From Myxococcota bacterium (GTDB lineage Bacteria; Myxococcota; UBA4151): a stretch of DNA of 25,697 bases. Both the position numbers and the translations under genes were made by a program. This document shows positions 1 to 8,529 of this stretch, one piece after another. Position 1 is the first letter of the stretch, and the number at the start of each line of letters is the position of its first letter. The notes under the pieces were generated by a model. The model worked only from the letters and a program-made list of their open reading frames with translations, was not told the origin of the DNA and did no database searches. Location: NCBI GenBank assembly GCA_036338695.1, contig JAYZBQ010000079.1, positions 1 through 25,697 on the forward strand, written 5' to 3'.

Positions 1-1260
1 AAGAGCTTCGCGCTGTCAGTCCTGGCGCTTGATACCGCGTTCACGTTCGAAGGCTCGATGATCCCGGTCATCTCGATCACTCGCCAGCAGGCGAAGCGGA
101 TCGTGTGGCCCGTGTTTCAAGAGCTCGACCGACGCAATGAGCTCGGGCTGCGCTTCAACGCAGCCGAGCTCTCATGCACGCTGCCCAACGGAAGCCAAAT
201 CTTCCTGACGGGCGCGAGCACCGAGGAAGAGATCCAGCGCCTGCGAGGGCCGAAATACCCGCTCGTGGTCGTCGATGAGGCGCAGGCGTTCAAGAGCTAC
301 CTCGCGGAGCTCGTGAGCGACGTTCTTGAGCCTGCCGTCCTCGATTATGACGGGTCCATCGTTCTCGCCGGGACGCCGAACGCCATCTGTAGAGGATTCT
401 TCTACGACGCGAGCCAGCCTGAATCCGCCTGGTCAGTGCATCACTGGACGCTGCTGGATAACCCACACATCCCGCGAGCTGCGAAGTGGCTTGAGGACCG
501 CTGCAGGCGCTACGGATGGAGCCAATCGAACCCGACATATCTTCGGGAGTATAAAGGCCAGTGGATCCGGGACAGCTCCAGCCTCATTTATCCGAACATC
601 CCGGTAATCGCCGAGCTGCCCGATGATGAGTGGGAGTATGTGCTCGGGCTCGACCTCGGTTACATCGACTCGACCGCGTTCGTCATCTGCGCTTACTCGA
701 CCGCGACTGGCCGCCTGGTCGTCGTCGAGAGCTTCAAGAAGACCAAGCTGCTCCCCTCAGATGTCGCCCAGATTGTTTCGGACCTGAACTCTCAATTCAG
801 GTTCGAATCAATCGTGGCTGACGCGGGCGGCCTTGGCAAAGCCTACGCCGCTGAGATGTCCGAGCGCTGGGGCCTGAAGATCAAGAACGCTGAGAAGCGG
901 GAGAAAAGGGCCTACATCGAGCTGCTCTCGGGTGACATGACCACCGGGGTAGCCTCCATCGTCGAGGGCTACAACGGGCCGCTGCTCGACGAACTCCACG
1001 CGCTGCAGTGGGATGATCACCGCCTGGCACCTCACGAGCGCTGCGAGGACCACCTCGCCGACGCTTATCTCTATGCCTGGCGCTGGTGTCATCAGTATTG
1101 GCGTGATGAGATCATCCCCGAGGCTCCGCGGCATGGCTCACCGGAATACTGGAAGCAACAAGAGGATCAGCTCGAAGAAGAGCAGGAGCGGCTGCTAGAC
1201 AAGCAGCTTGATCGTACGTGGTGGGATGATTTGGAGGTGAGCGATGGATCGGGATGGTGA
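1..1260 (+). CDS. terL: Terminase large subunit (5'-truncated by the window edge)
   Basis: Frame 1 is open from base 1 (KSFALSVLAL..., consistent with the tail of a Walker A GKS), so ATG 58 is not the true start. Walker B LVVVDEAQ, motif III LAGTP, RNase H-type nuclease motifs LGLDLG and DHLADA. Confidence 0.93.
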   Translation, partial: KSFALSVLALDTAFTFEGSMIPVISITRQQAKRIVWPVFQELDRRNELGLRFNAAELSCTLPNGSQIFLTGASTEEEIQRLRGPKYPLVVVDEAQAFKSYLAELVSDVLEPAVLDYDGSIVLAGTPNAICRGFFYDASQPESAWSVHHWTLLDNPHIPRAAKWLEDRCRRYGWSQSNPTYLREYKGQWIRDSSSLIYPNIPVIAELPDDEWEYVLGLDLGYIDSTAFVICAYSTATGRLVVVESFKKTKLLPSDVAQIVSDLNSQFRFESIVADAGGLGKAYAAEMSERWGLKIKNAEKREKRAYIELLSGDMTTGVASIVEGYNGPLLDELHALQWDDHRLAPHERCEDHLADAYLYAWRWCHQYWRDEIIPEAPRHGSPEYWKQQEDQLEEEQERLLDKQLDRTWWDDLEVSDGSGW

Positions 1261-1459
1261 AGAGGAAAAAGCTCCCAGCCTGGAGATCAAGACGGTTCCA
1301 GAGCTAATCAACCTAGTTAAACAGTTGAAGTTCTTGGGGGTAACTCAATTCAAGATCGGTGAAATCGCCATGGACATCAGCGGCGATTCTTTCCCCCAAC
1401 CGGAGGAAGCGACAGAGGAAGAGATACCCGACGAAGAATTGCTATACTATTCCTCATAA
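1244..1459 (+). CDS. Small hypothetical protein between terL and portal (71 aa)
   Basis: GGAGGTGA Shine-Dalgarno at 1233-1240. Fills the terL-portal gap exactly. Acidic C-terminus EELLYYSS. Confidence 0.7.
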   Translation: MDRDGEEEKAPSLEIKTVPELINLVKQLKFLGVTQFKIGEIAMDISGDSFPQPEEATEEEIPDEELLYYSS

Positions 1460-1461
1460 CT

Positions 1462-3294
1462 ATGCAGGAAGAGCCATACATCGCCTTACAGTGGTGGACC
1501 GCTGACCAGCCTTATGGCGACGTGGTCGAGGCGTTCCGTGTCATCGAGACAGCTGACACGCTGCGTCTGTCCTCACTGCTGCGGTATGTGCGGCTCTATG
1601 GAAACAGCGAGTATGGGGGATACACGCCGTTTTCGCACAATCAGGTTGTCGATACTGCTCGGGTGACAATGAACGTCATCAAGGCGGTTTGTGACACCGC
1701 AGTATCGCGACTGTCGAGGCAGCGCCCGAGGCCCCGGTTCCTGACGCATGGCGGGAACTGGAGCCTGCAGCGGCGGGCGCGCCTCTTGGAGCAGTTCACA
1801 GATCAGGCGTTTTATCAGGGCGGCCTTTACCAGCTCGCGCCCAAGGTGCTGCTTGATGCGGCGGTGCTCGGGACGGGCTGTCTGAAGATCTATCGAAAGG
1901 GCCGTGAGGTCCAGTTTGAGCGGGTGTTTCCGGGCGAGCTCTTCGTCGACCCGGTCGATGGGTTCTACGGCCAGCCCCGCAATTTCTATCAGCGGAAGTT
2001 CATCGATCGCCAGGTGCTGCTGCGCTTGTTCCCGCATCACGCCGCGCAGATTCGTCAGGCCAGCCGAACCACCGATAACATCGACTTTGCCAATACCACC
2101 CTGGTCGATCAGATCGAAGTGCTCGAAGCGTGGCACCTGCCATCAGGCGAAGGTGCCACCGACGGCCGCCACGTCATCTGCATCTCCAACGCAACGCTCG
2201 TGGATGAGCAGTGGGACAAGGGCAGCTTCCCGTTTGTGTTCGTGCGCTGGACCGACCCCATGCTCGGGTTCTGGGGTGAGGGCGTCGCCTGCGACATCCA
2301 GGGGATGCAGGTCGAGATAAACAAGCTCCTGATGAAAATTCAGCGAGCGTTTCACCTCATGTCGGTGCCGCGGATCTACGTCGAGAACGGCTCGAAGATC
2401 CGCAAGAGCTTCTTCAACAATGAGATCGGGACCATCATCCCGTACACAGGTCAGCCGCCTGTGCAGATGACGCCGCCGAGCTTGAACCGCGAGATCTTCG
2501 ACCATCTGGAGCGCCTCTATAACCGCTCATTCGAGATCGCAGGCATAAGCCAGATGGCCGCTACGAGCATGAAGCCTGCAGGGCTGAACTCGGGCGCAGC
2601 GCTGCGCGAATATCAGGACGTCGAGAGCCTTCGCTTTACCACCGTCTCGCGCCAGTACGAGGAGCTCTTCGTAGAGGCTGCGCGCCAGGTCGTCGGCCTG
2701 GGCAAAGACATTTACTCGGAAGACAACAGACACAGCGTGGTGGTGGCGAAGGACAGCAAGACCATCGACGTGGTCGACTGGGAAGCCGTCGACATGGACG
2801 CTGACAGCTATGTCCTCAAGGTGCACCCGAGCTCCAGCCTACCGGTCACCCCGAGCGGCCGCCTGGCGTTTGTCGAGCAGATGATCGCCCTCGGCCTGGT
2901 CGGGCCCGAGGAGGCAAAGGACCTGCTCGACTTCCCGGACCTCGAAGCGAAGCTGAGCCTGGACCGGGCCGCCTCAACGCTCATCGATCGGAACGTCGAG
3001 CTCATGCTCGACGAGGGCGTCTATACACCGCCCGAGCCCTATCAGGACCATCAGCTCGCCCTGAAGAAGGTAACCGCCGCGCTCATGAAGGCCGAGCAAA
3101 ACAACGTCGAGCCCGAGCGGCTGTCGTTGATGCGTGAGTACCTCGCGCAGACTCACCTGATGATGGAGCAGGCGAGACAGCAAGCGCTGGCCAATGCGCA
3201 GGGAATGATGATGCCTGGAGCGCCACCAGCTCCGGGGATGGGTGGCGCTCCGCCTACAGCAATTGGAGCGACTGACGGCACCATGCCGGTCTAA
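1462..3294 (+). CDS. Portal protein (P22-like, 610 aa)
   Basis: Position after terL, size, helical character, portal-like segments (DAAVLGTGCLK, RVFPGELFVDP, IAGISQ...SGAA) and a Q/M/P/G-rich C-terminal tail. Confidence 0.88.
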   Translation: MQEEPYIALQWWTADQPYGDVVEAFRVIETADTLRLSSLLRYVRLYGNSEYGGYTPFSHNQVVDTARVTMNVIKAVCDTAVSRLSRQRPRPRFLTHGGNWSLQRRARLLEQFTDQAFYQGGLYQLAPKVLLDAAVLGTGCLKIYRKGREVQFERVFPGELFVDPVDGFYGQPRNFYQRKFIDRQVLLRLFPHHAAQIRQASRTTDNIDFANTTLVDQIEVLEAWHLPSGEGATDGRHVICISNATLVDEQWDKGSFPFVFVRWTDPMLGFWGEGVACDIQGMQVEINKLLMKIQRAFHLMSVPRIYVENGSKIRKSFFNNEIGTIIPYTGQPPVQMTPPSLNREIFDHLERLYNRSFEIAGISQMAATSMKPAGLNSGAALREYQDVESLRFTTVSRQYEELFVEAARQVVGLGKDIYSEDNRHSVVVAKDSKTIDVVDWEAVDMDADSYVLKVHPSSSLPVTPSGRLAFVEQMIALGLVGPEEAKDLLDFPDLEAKLSLDRAASTLIDRNVELMLDEGVYTPPEPYQDHQLALKKVTAALMKAEQNNVEPERLSLMREYLAQTHLMMEQARQQALANAQGMMMPGAPPAPGMGGAPPTAIGATDGTMPV

Positions 3295-3303
3295 GGATAA
3301 GCA

Positions 3304-4098
3304 ATGTCAGACGAGCAAACACCGACAACGAGTGAGCCGGCAAGTGAAGCCCCGGAGACCCCTGCAGCCGATCCGCGAGCGGATCGTGATTACATCAACA
3401 CCCCCAAGGCCGCCGAGGCTCTCCGGGCGTTGATGGCGCAGGAAAAGAGCAGCCGCGAGGCTCGGCAGATTGCCGAGGAGCAGCACGCGGCGGTACAGCA
3501 GAGCCAAGCTCTGCAGCAGCTGGCGAAGGCCGACCCGGTCGCGTTCCTCGAACGCTCGGGCATCAAGCGCGAGGATGTCTCCAAGCGCCTGGCCAGCCAG
3601 GAAGATCCTGTTGCGGGTATCCGCGACGAGATGGCGCAGATGCGCCAGGAGCTCAGTCAGCAACGTGAGGCCGCCGATCAAGCGCGAATGGAGGCGGCAC
3701 TGGCAGAGGCTCGGGAGCAGGTCAGAACCTATATCAGCAGCGCGGAGGATACTCCGCTCACCCGTATTACTGGGAGCGCTGATCAGGTCTGGCAGCTCAT
3801 GACGCAGCACCATCAAAGCACCGGAGAGGTCATGAGTGAGCAGGAGGCCGCTCGTAAAGTGGAGGCCCATCTCACCGGTCAAATCGATAAGCTCCTTGAG
3901 TCCGAAGCGACTCGAAAGCTTATCCAAGACAAACTGCAGGCGGAGGGCGGGAAGCGTCCCGCTCCGATTCCTGCGCCATCATCCACACTGACAAACGCGA
4001 TGCAGACCGAGGAGAACCAGCGCTTGCGCCAGGATCCCAACATGAACCGCGAGGCCAGCATTGCTGAGGCTGCGAAGCTTCTGCAGTGGGAAAGTTGA
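3304..4098 (+). CDS. Putative capsid scaffolding protein (264 aa)
   Basis: Between portal and MCP. E/Q/A/R-rich coiled-coil composition, Pro-rich linker, short C-terminal helix. AAGGA SD upstream. Confidence 0.72.
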   Translation: MSDEQTPTTSEPASEAPETPAADPRADRDYINTPKAAEALRALMAQEKSSREARQIAEEQHAAVQQSQALQQLAKADPVAFLERSGIKREDVSKRLASQEDPVAGIRDEMAQMRQELSQQREAADQARMEAALAEAREQVRTYISSAEDTPLTRITGSADQVWQLMTQHHQSTGEVMSEQEAARKVEAHLTGQIDKLLESEATRKLIQDKLQAEGGKRPAPIPAPSSTLTNAMQTEENQRLRQDPNMNREASIAEAAKLLQWES

Positions 4099-4104
4099 TC
4101 AGCC

Positions 4105-5343
4105 ATGGCATCTCTAGATCTCGAATCATTTGAGGCGGCGCTGAAGGTCCACTACACCGACCTACGCGTCAAGAACCTCGTCTACCGAAACAATCCATTC
4201 CTCGCGGCCGTCCCGAAGTATGAGTACTTCGGCGGTAAGAACTTGCCGATCCCGGTTCAGTTTGGCACCCCGCAGGGACGCTCGGCGACCTTCACCGACG
4301 CGAACAATCAGAACGTCCAGACGCCTGGTGAGTACACCGACTTCGTCCTGAAGCGCGTCAGGAACTACTCTGTTGCCGCCATCGACAACGAGACTCTCGA
4401 AGCCTCGGTGGGTCGTCCGAATGCCTTCATGGAGGCCGCAGCGTCTGAAATTGATGGAGCGCTCCGCTCCCTCACTCAGGACCTCGCTGGCAACCTGTAC
4501 CGCGATCAGTTCGGTGTTCGCGGAGAGATTGCAAACCTCGTCGTCAACGAGATCACGCTGACCAACCCGTCAGACATCGTGTTTTTCGAGGTCGGTATGA
4601 CGCTGGTGTCCGTGCCTGCTGCGACTCCCGCAGCGGCCACCACGGGCGGCGGCATCGGCTGCACCATCGACACCATCAACCGCGACAATGGCACCTTTAC
4701 GGTCACGGCCGTCCTCGGTGCCACTGCCATCGGCGATGCGCTGTTCCAGCTCGGCGACGCGGCGAACGGTGGCGACCCGCTGAAGATGGCTGGCCTCGCT
4801 GGCTGGCTCCCGGCCACCGCTCCGGTGTCTGGCGTGACGCCAGATTTCTTCCAAGTTGATCGTGGGGTTGATGCCAGCCGCTTAGCCGGACAAAGATACG
4901 ACGGGACCGCCGAGACCATCGAGGAAGCGCTGATCGGCGCTGGCTCGCTTCTGTTCAGAGAAGGCGGTCGGCCGGACTTGGTATTTATGAACCCGCTGTC
5001 ATACAGCGAGCTCATCAAGTCGCTCGGGTCCAAGGTCGTCTACGACGTGGTGCGCAGCTCCGACGTCGCCGAGGTGTTCTTCGACTCGGTACGCGTCTAC
5101 ACCCCGAGCGGCCAGGTCTCGGTCGTTGCTGACCCGAACTGCCCGACCGGCGTGGCGTACATGCTCCAGATGGACACCTGGAAGCTCTACTCGTTGGGGA
5201 TGGCACCGAAGATCCTCATGACTGACGGACTACGGTTCTTGCGTACTGATAATGCGGACAGTGTGACCGTAAGGTGTGGATATTATTCACAACTTGGGAA
5301 CACGGCGCCCGGCTGGAACGCACGAATCGCCCTCGCCACGTGA
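4105..5343 (+). CDS. Major capsid protein (HK97-like fold with probable beta insertion domain, 412 aa)
   Basis: Position after scaffold. N-terminus ALKVHY...NPFLAAVPK..FGGKNLPIPVQFGTPQGRS and C-terminus ADPNCP...PGWNARI resemble podovirus-type MCPs. Central beta-rich insert (ITLTNPSDIVFFEVGM...GDALF). Confidence 0.88.
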   Translation: MASLDLESFEAALKVHYTDLRVKNLVYRNNPFLAAVPKYEYFGGKNLPIPVQFGTPQGRSATFTDANNQNVQTPGEYTDFVLKRVRNYSVAAIDNETLEASVGRPNAFMEAAASEIDGALRSLTQDLAGNLYRDQFGVRGEIANLVVNEITLTNPSDIVFFEVGMTLVSVPAATPAAATTGGGIGCTIDTINRDNGTFTVTAVLGATAIGDALFQLGDAANGGDPLKMAGLAGWLPATAPVSGVTPDFFQVDRGVDASRLAGQRYDGTAETIEEALIGAGSLLFREGGRPDLVFMNPLSYSELIKSLGSKVVYDVVRSSDVAEVFFDSVRVYTPSGQVSVVADPNCPTGVAYMLQMDTWKLYSLGMAPKILMTDGLRFLRTDNADSVTVRCGYYSQLGNTAPGWNARIALAT

Positions 5344-5349
5344 TGAGCT

Positions 5350-5379
5350 GAGCGAGGCGGTTTCATCGCCGCCTCGCTC
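5350..5379 (+). promoter_or_regulatory. GC-rich stem-loop downstream of the MCP gene (no U tract)
   Basis: GAGCGAGGCGG (5350-5360) pairs perfectly with CCGCCTCGCTC (5369-5379), 8-nt loop. Directly followed by the GGAG SD of the next gene. Confidence 0.6.
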
Positions 5380-5393
5380 TGGAGAACGTCGCA

Positions 5394-6671
5394 ATGCCGA
5401 ACATGAGCAACAAAAACTTTCCGCACGCGCACGGCTCGGGTCGTGTGTTTGCGGCGTTCTCGCTCTCGCATCTCGCGGGCACGCCTGGCTCGTTTGATGA
5501 GGAGTATCTGCCTGGTGCGACTGAGCTGCTGACGAAGCCGCCCGCGTTTACCGATCCCACGCTTCCGGTCGTGTACCCCTTCCCGGGCGTCATCACGAGC
5601 GGCCCCACCCAGACATTCAACATCCAACGTCAGCCGTACAACGCGACCAGCCTGGGCGTATTCGTCACCGGCTCGGGAACGCGTCGACTGCCATACCGTG
5701 AGGCGCTCGGCCTCTTCGTATCCAACGGCCTGAGCCCGACGCTCGCCGAAGCGTGGCCTACAAACGGCCTCTACCCGTTCGGCCTGGTCGATGACACCAA
5801 CCTCGGATCGACCCATGGCCAGGTCGTATGCGGCGTGCTGGGTGGGCCGGGCGAGGACGAGCTCGGAGAGCTGGCGTACTACGAGGTCGGCCTCAACTGG
5901 GAGCTCCCGCCCTACAAAACCACCGCCGACTTTGGAACCTCAGAGATCACCTCGTCTAACTGGGAGCACACGGCGATCGCGAGTTTCCAGCGAGCGCTTG
6001 AGCGGACCTTCTGGGTGACCGCGAGCGTCAGCGGTAACGCGCTCAGCGAGTATCACCCCGAGGTCGATTGGGGGCCTGGTGGCGTCCAGACCCAAAACGC
6101 CGCCCGAGGCCCCGTCTCCGGCTCGATATCTCTGGGCGCTCCGCCCACCGGCGATAACTACTACACCGCGCCCTACGCTGGGGTCATCGCGCCCACGCTG
6201 ACGCCCTATCGTTTCCCCTGGAGCTCGGGTGAGGCCGAGGCTTTCCGCCAGCGCCCTGCGGTCGTACAGACGCAGCTGAGCGCAGTGATTACGTCGCTGT
6301 CGCAGACGGAGCTACCCTCTGGGGAGTTTGAGCTCGTGGCCAAGGCCGCCCCCATCATCAGGGTATGGTGCTCGGTGCCTATCCCGTCTGTCGCGCCTGG
6401 TGGCTCTCCGATGGTCGCGCCTCGCCCGCTCCCGCGGGGCGGCGTCAATCCGTACCTGAACGATCCGCTCGATCTTCCCAAGCTTCCGCCCGCGATCAAT
6501 GTGCAGGTGATGCAGAAAAACACGACGGCGATCGATAGCACCGACGGCCCGATTTATGACCTGGGCCAGTTCTGGGCAAACCTCGGCGCGCCGACCGTGA
6601 CGTCCTCCCGCTCCACCCCGCCCAAGCTCTCCGGGCCACCGCTCAAGCCCTCGAAGAAGAAGGACGACTGA
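5394..6671 (+). CDS. Putative virion structural (decoration-like) protein, 425 aa
   Basis: Immediately after MCP, GGAG SD, P/G/T/S-rich beta-type composition. TGATG overlap with the next gene. Confidence 0.6.
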   Translation: MPNMSNKNFPHAHGSGRVFAAFSLSHLAGTPGSFDEEYLPGATELLTKPPAFTDPTLPVVYPFPGVITSGPTQTFNIQRQPYNATSLGVFVTGSGTRRLPYREALGLFVSNGLSPTLAEAWPTNGLYPFGLVDDTNLGSTHGQVVCGVLGGPGEDELGELAYYEVGLNWELPPYKTTADFGTSEITSSNWEHTAIASFQRALERTFWVTASVSGNALSEYHPEVDWGPGGVQTQNAARGPVSGSISLGAPPTGDNYYTAPYAGVIAPTLTPYRFPWSSGEAEAFRQRPAVVQTQLSAVITSLSQTELPSGEFELVAKAAPIIRVWCSVPIPSVAPGGSPMVAPRPLPRGGVNPYLNDPLDLPKLPPAINVQVMQKNTTAIDSTDGPIYDLGQFWANLGAPTVTSSRSTPPKLSGPPLKPSKKKDD

Positions 6672-7102
6672 TGCCGATCCAACGACCGTTAGACTTTTTC
6701 ACCACGATGGGGCCGGGAGACGTCCTGCTCGCGGGTCATGTGCAGCGGGTGGAGGATCCTAGCCTCCTGCAGGTCACCCCGCCGCAGTGTGAGGTAGATT
6801 TTGACTCCCCTGCGCCTGGTCAGTTTCGCTACCTCGTGACGCTGCCTGGAAAGGGGTCGCTCGACATCGCGGGCGTCTGCACCGCCTTCATGCCCGGAGC
6901 GCCCGACGACTCCTTCAAGCACATCGTTCACAGCTATGACCGCGACACCCGCACCATCGAGTTCCGGCTGCTCGAAGAGACCGCACCAGGACCGAGCGCC
7001 CCTGTCGAGACGCAGCTGCTGTCCGGTGAGCGGATCTATTTCTGGGTCCACCTGTACGACTCCACACCCGATCCCATCAACCTAGTCATCGAGGCTCCCT
7101 GA
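6671..7102 (+). CDS. Putative virion structural (decoration-like) protein, 143 aa
   Basis: TGATG overlaps at both ends. Alternating beta-strand pattern. Confidence 0.6.
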   Translation: MPIQRPLDFFTTMGPGDVLLAGHVQRVEDPSLLQVTPPQCEVDFDSPAPGQFRYLVTLPGKGSLDIAGVCTAFMPGAPDDSFKHIVHSYDRDTRTIEFRLLEETAPGPSAPVETQLLSGERIYFWVHLYDSTPDPINLVIEAP

Positions 7103-7524
7103 TGCCGCTCTACAGCAACAAACAGCCCATCGAGTCACTCGGTGGAAACTGCATCCTCTGGCGCGCTCGATTCGAGAGCGCGGATAACGAGCTGCGCTGC
7201 ACCATCCCGCCCGCAGACGTCGAGGTCACCCAGTGGTACACATTCGCGGGAAACGACTACGCGGGCTCCTGGGAGATCACAGTCGACGCGCCTGGTGAGT
7301 TGGACCTCATCTCATTCGATATCAGTCACAACGAGCAGCCCACGCTCGGGCGAGGCTTTCCCGCCGTCCAGTGGGTCAAGGCCGAATCGAAACTGATCAT
7401 CACCATGGTCAACTGGGACGGCGCAGCGACGCCGGTATTCGCTGGCCCTGGCGACGCAATCATGATCAGCGTCTGGTTTCAAAACACGAGCATCGGACGT
7501 ACCTACGCGAGGCAAACGGCATGA
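7102..7524 (+). CDS. Putative virion structural (decoration-like) protein, 140 aa
   Basis: GAGG SD, TGATG/ATGA overlaps, beta-strand pattern ending IMISVWFQNTS. Confidence 0.6.
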   Translation: MPLYSNKQPIESLGGNCILWRARFESADNELRCTIPPADVEVTQWYTFAGNDYAGSWEITVDAPGELDLISFDISHNEQPTLGRGFPAVQWVKAESKLIITMVNWDGAATPVFAGPGDAIMISVWFQNTSIGRTYARQTA

Positions 7525-8003
7525 TCCAGAACGAGAGCCTACCAGTCTGGCACTACGGCCGAGGACGAGCGCTCACCACCGGGCGCATCACCTATACCGG
7601 CGGCGACCCTGCAGACCTCGCGAGCTACCGCATCGAGGGCGCGCTCAAGTGGACGCGTCTCCCCGGGCCCGGGGGTATCGTCTGGCGTGCCCAGCTCGAC
7701 GCTGACGGCATCACACCGATCATCTACGCAAGCGCCGACCTTCTCAGCAGCACCGCAGGCAGCGAGGACATACAGGCCATGGTCATCACCTTCGATGGTG
7801 ACGTGAGCACCGGCGCACCCGCCCATGTGGATGCCACGCTCCGAGACCTCACCGACCCCGAGAGCGGGACGGACCTGGCCGAAGATCAGGCGCTCTGCAT
7901 CACAGTCATTGTGAGTCAGATCGGGCCGCCGCAGTACTCGGAGATCCCCTTGATCGGCGCGCCCCCGCTTCCACCGGGACCGCCAGAAAGGATCGTCCTG
8001 TGA
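7521..8003 (+). CDS. Putative virion structural (decoration-like) protein, 160 aa (start revised from 7371)
   Basis: ATG 7521 overlaps the previous TGA (ATGA) with GAGG upstream. MIQNESLPVWHYGRG... The upstream extension lies wholly inside the previous gene. Confidence 0.6.
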   Translation: MIQNESLPVWHYGRGRALTTGRITYTGGDPADLASYRIEGALKWTRLPGPGGIVWRAQLDADGITPIIYASADLLSSTAGSEDIQAMVITFDGDVSTGAPAHVDATLRDLTDPESGTDLAEDQALCITVIVSQIGPPQYSEIPLIGAPPLPPGPPERIVL

Positions 8004-8167
8004 TCAAAAAGACCAGCAAGGGCTACGAGGTGCGCAGCGGAAAAGCCACCGGTCAGAAGAAGCTCGGCGGCCCCTACAAGACCCGCGAGGCCGCGCTGAA
8101 GCGCCTGCGCCAGGTCGAATACTTCAAGCGGGCCAAGCCTGCTGGAAAGGGCGGTAAGAGACGATGA
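8000..8167 (+). CDS. Small basic protein, 55 aa (absent from the ORF track)
   Basis: GTG 8000 overlaps the previous stop (GTGA), GAAAGGA SD at 7986-7992. MIKKTSKGYEVRSGKATGQKKLGGPYKTREAALKRLRQVEYFKRAKPAGKGGKRR. Stop overlaps the next ATG (ATGA). Confidence 0.75.
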   Translation: MIKKTSKGYEVRSGKATGQKKLGGPYKTREAALKRLRQVEYFKRAKPAGKGGKRR

Positions 8168-8529
8168 AGGTCAGCAAAAAGGGACGGAGGGCGATGGCGG
8201 TAGGCGCTGCCAAGTCCGACATGAAGCGCGGGATGAAGGCCCGTTGGAAGGACCACAAGGGCAGGCGCGGCGAGGCCGTGGGGATGGCCGAGCGTGCGCT
8301 GATTGACAAGTGGCACCGCGAGAAGAAGTCACGCGAGGCGAGCCATTCGGATCGAGTGGTGCCGCCTGGTCCCGAGGAGCGCGCAGCTCGTCACGGTCGC
8401 ATGACGCACCACACCGGGCGTCATCATCACGACCTCTACCACAAGCACCACCAGAGCCTGGGCGCTCGCATTCGCGAGTCAGCGGGCATGGCTGCGTACG
8501 ACGCGACCCGCGGAAAGCGTCGCCGCTAA
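8164..8529 (+). CDS. Basic, His-rich hypothetical protein, 121 aa
   Basis: Coupled to neighbours (ATGA upstream, TAA then ATG downstream). K/R-rich with an internal His cluster. Confidence 0.65.
   Translation: MKVSKKGRRAMAVGAAKSDMKRGMKARWKDHKGRRGEAVGMAERALIDKWHREKKSREASHSDRVVPPGPEERAARHGRMTHHTGRHHHDLYHKHHQSLGARIRESAGMAAYDATRGKRRR

Noticed and set aside
4087..4107. Scaffold in frame with MCP across a single TGA, and GGGAAAG just upstream (readthrough or frameshift fusion)
   Set aside because: The in-frame arrangement has a 1-in-3 chance and UGA-U is not a leaky context. GGGAAAG is in the wrong phase (TGG GAA AGT) for -1 slippage and is adequately explained as the MCP SD.
5320..5394. MCP C-terminal extension by readthrough or frameshift into the next gene
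   Set aside because: Double stop TGA TGA, no slippery heptamer, and the downstream gene's frame is closed by TGA at 5349-5351.
6513..6540. G_AAA_AAC as a -1 shift joining the 425-aa and 143-aa genes
   Set aside because: Imperfect heptamer, and the -1 frame hits TAG within six codons.
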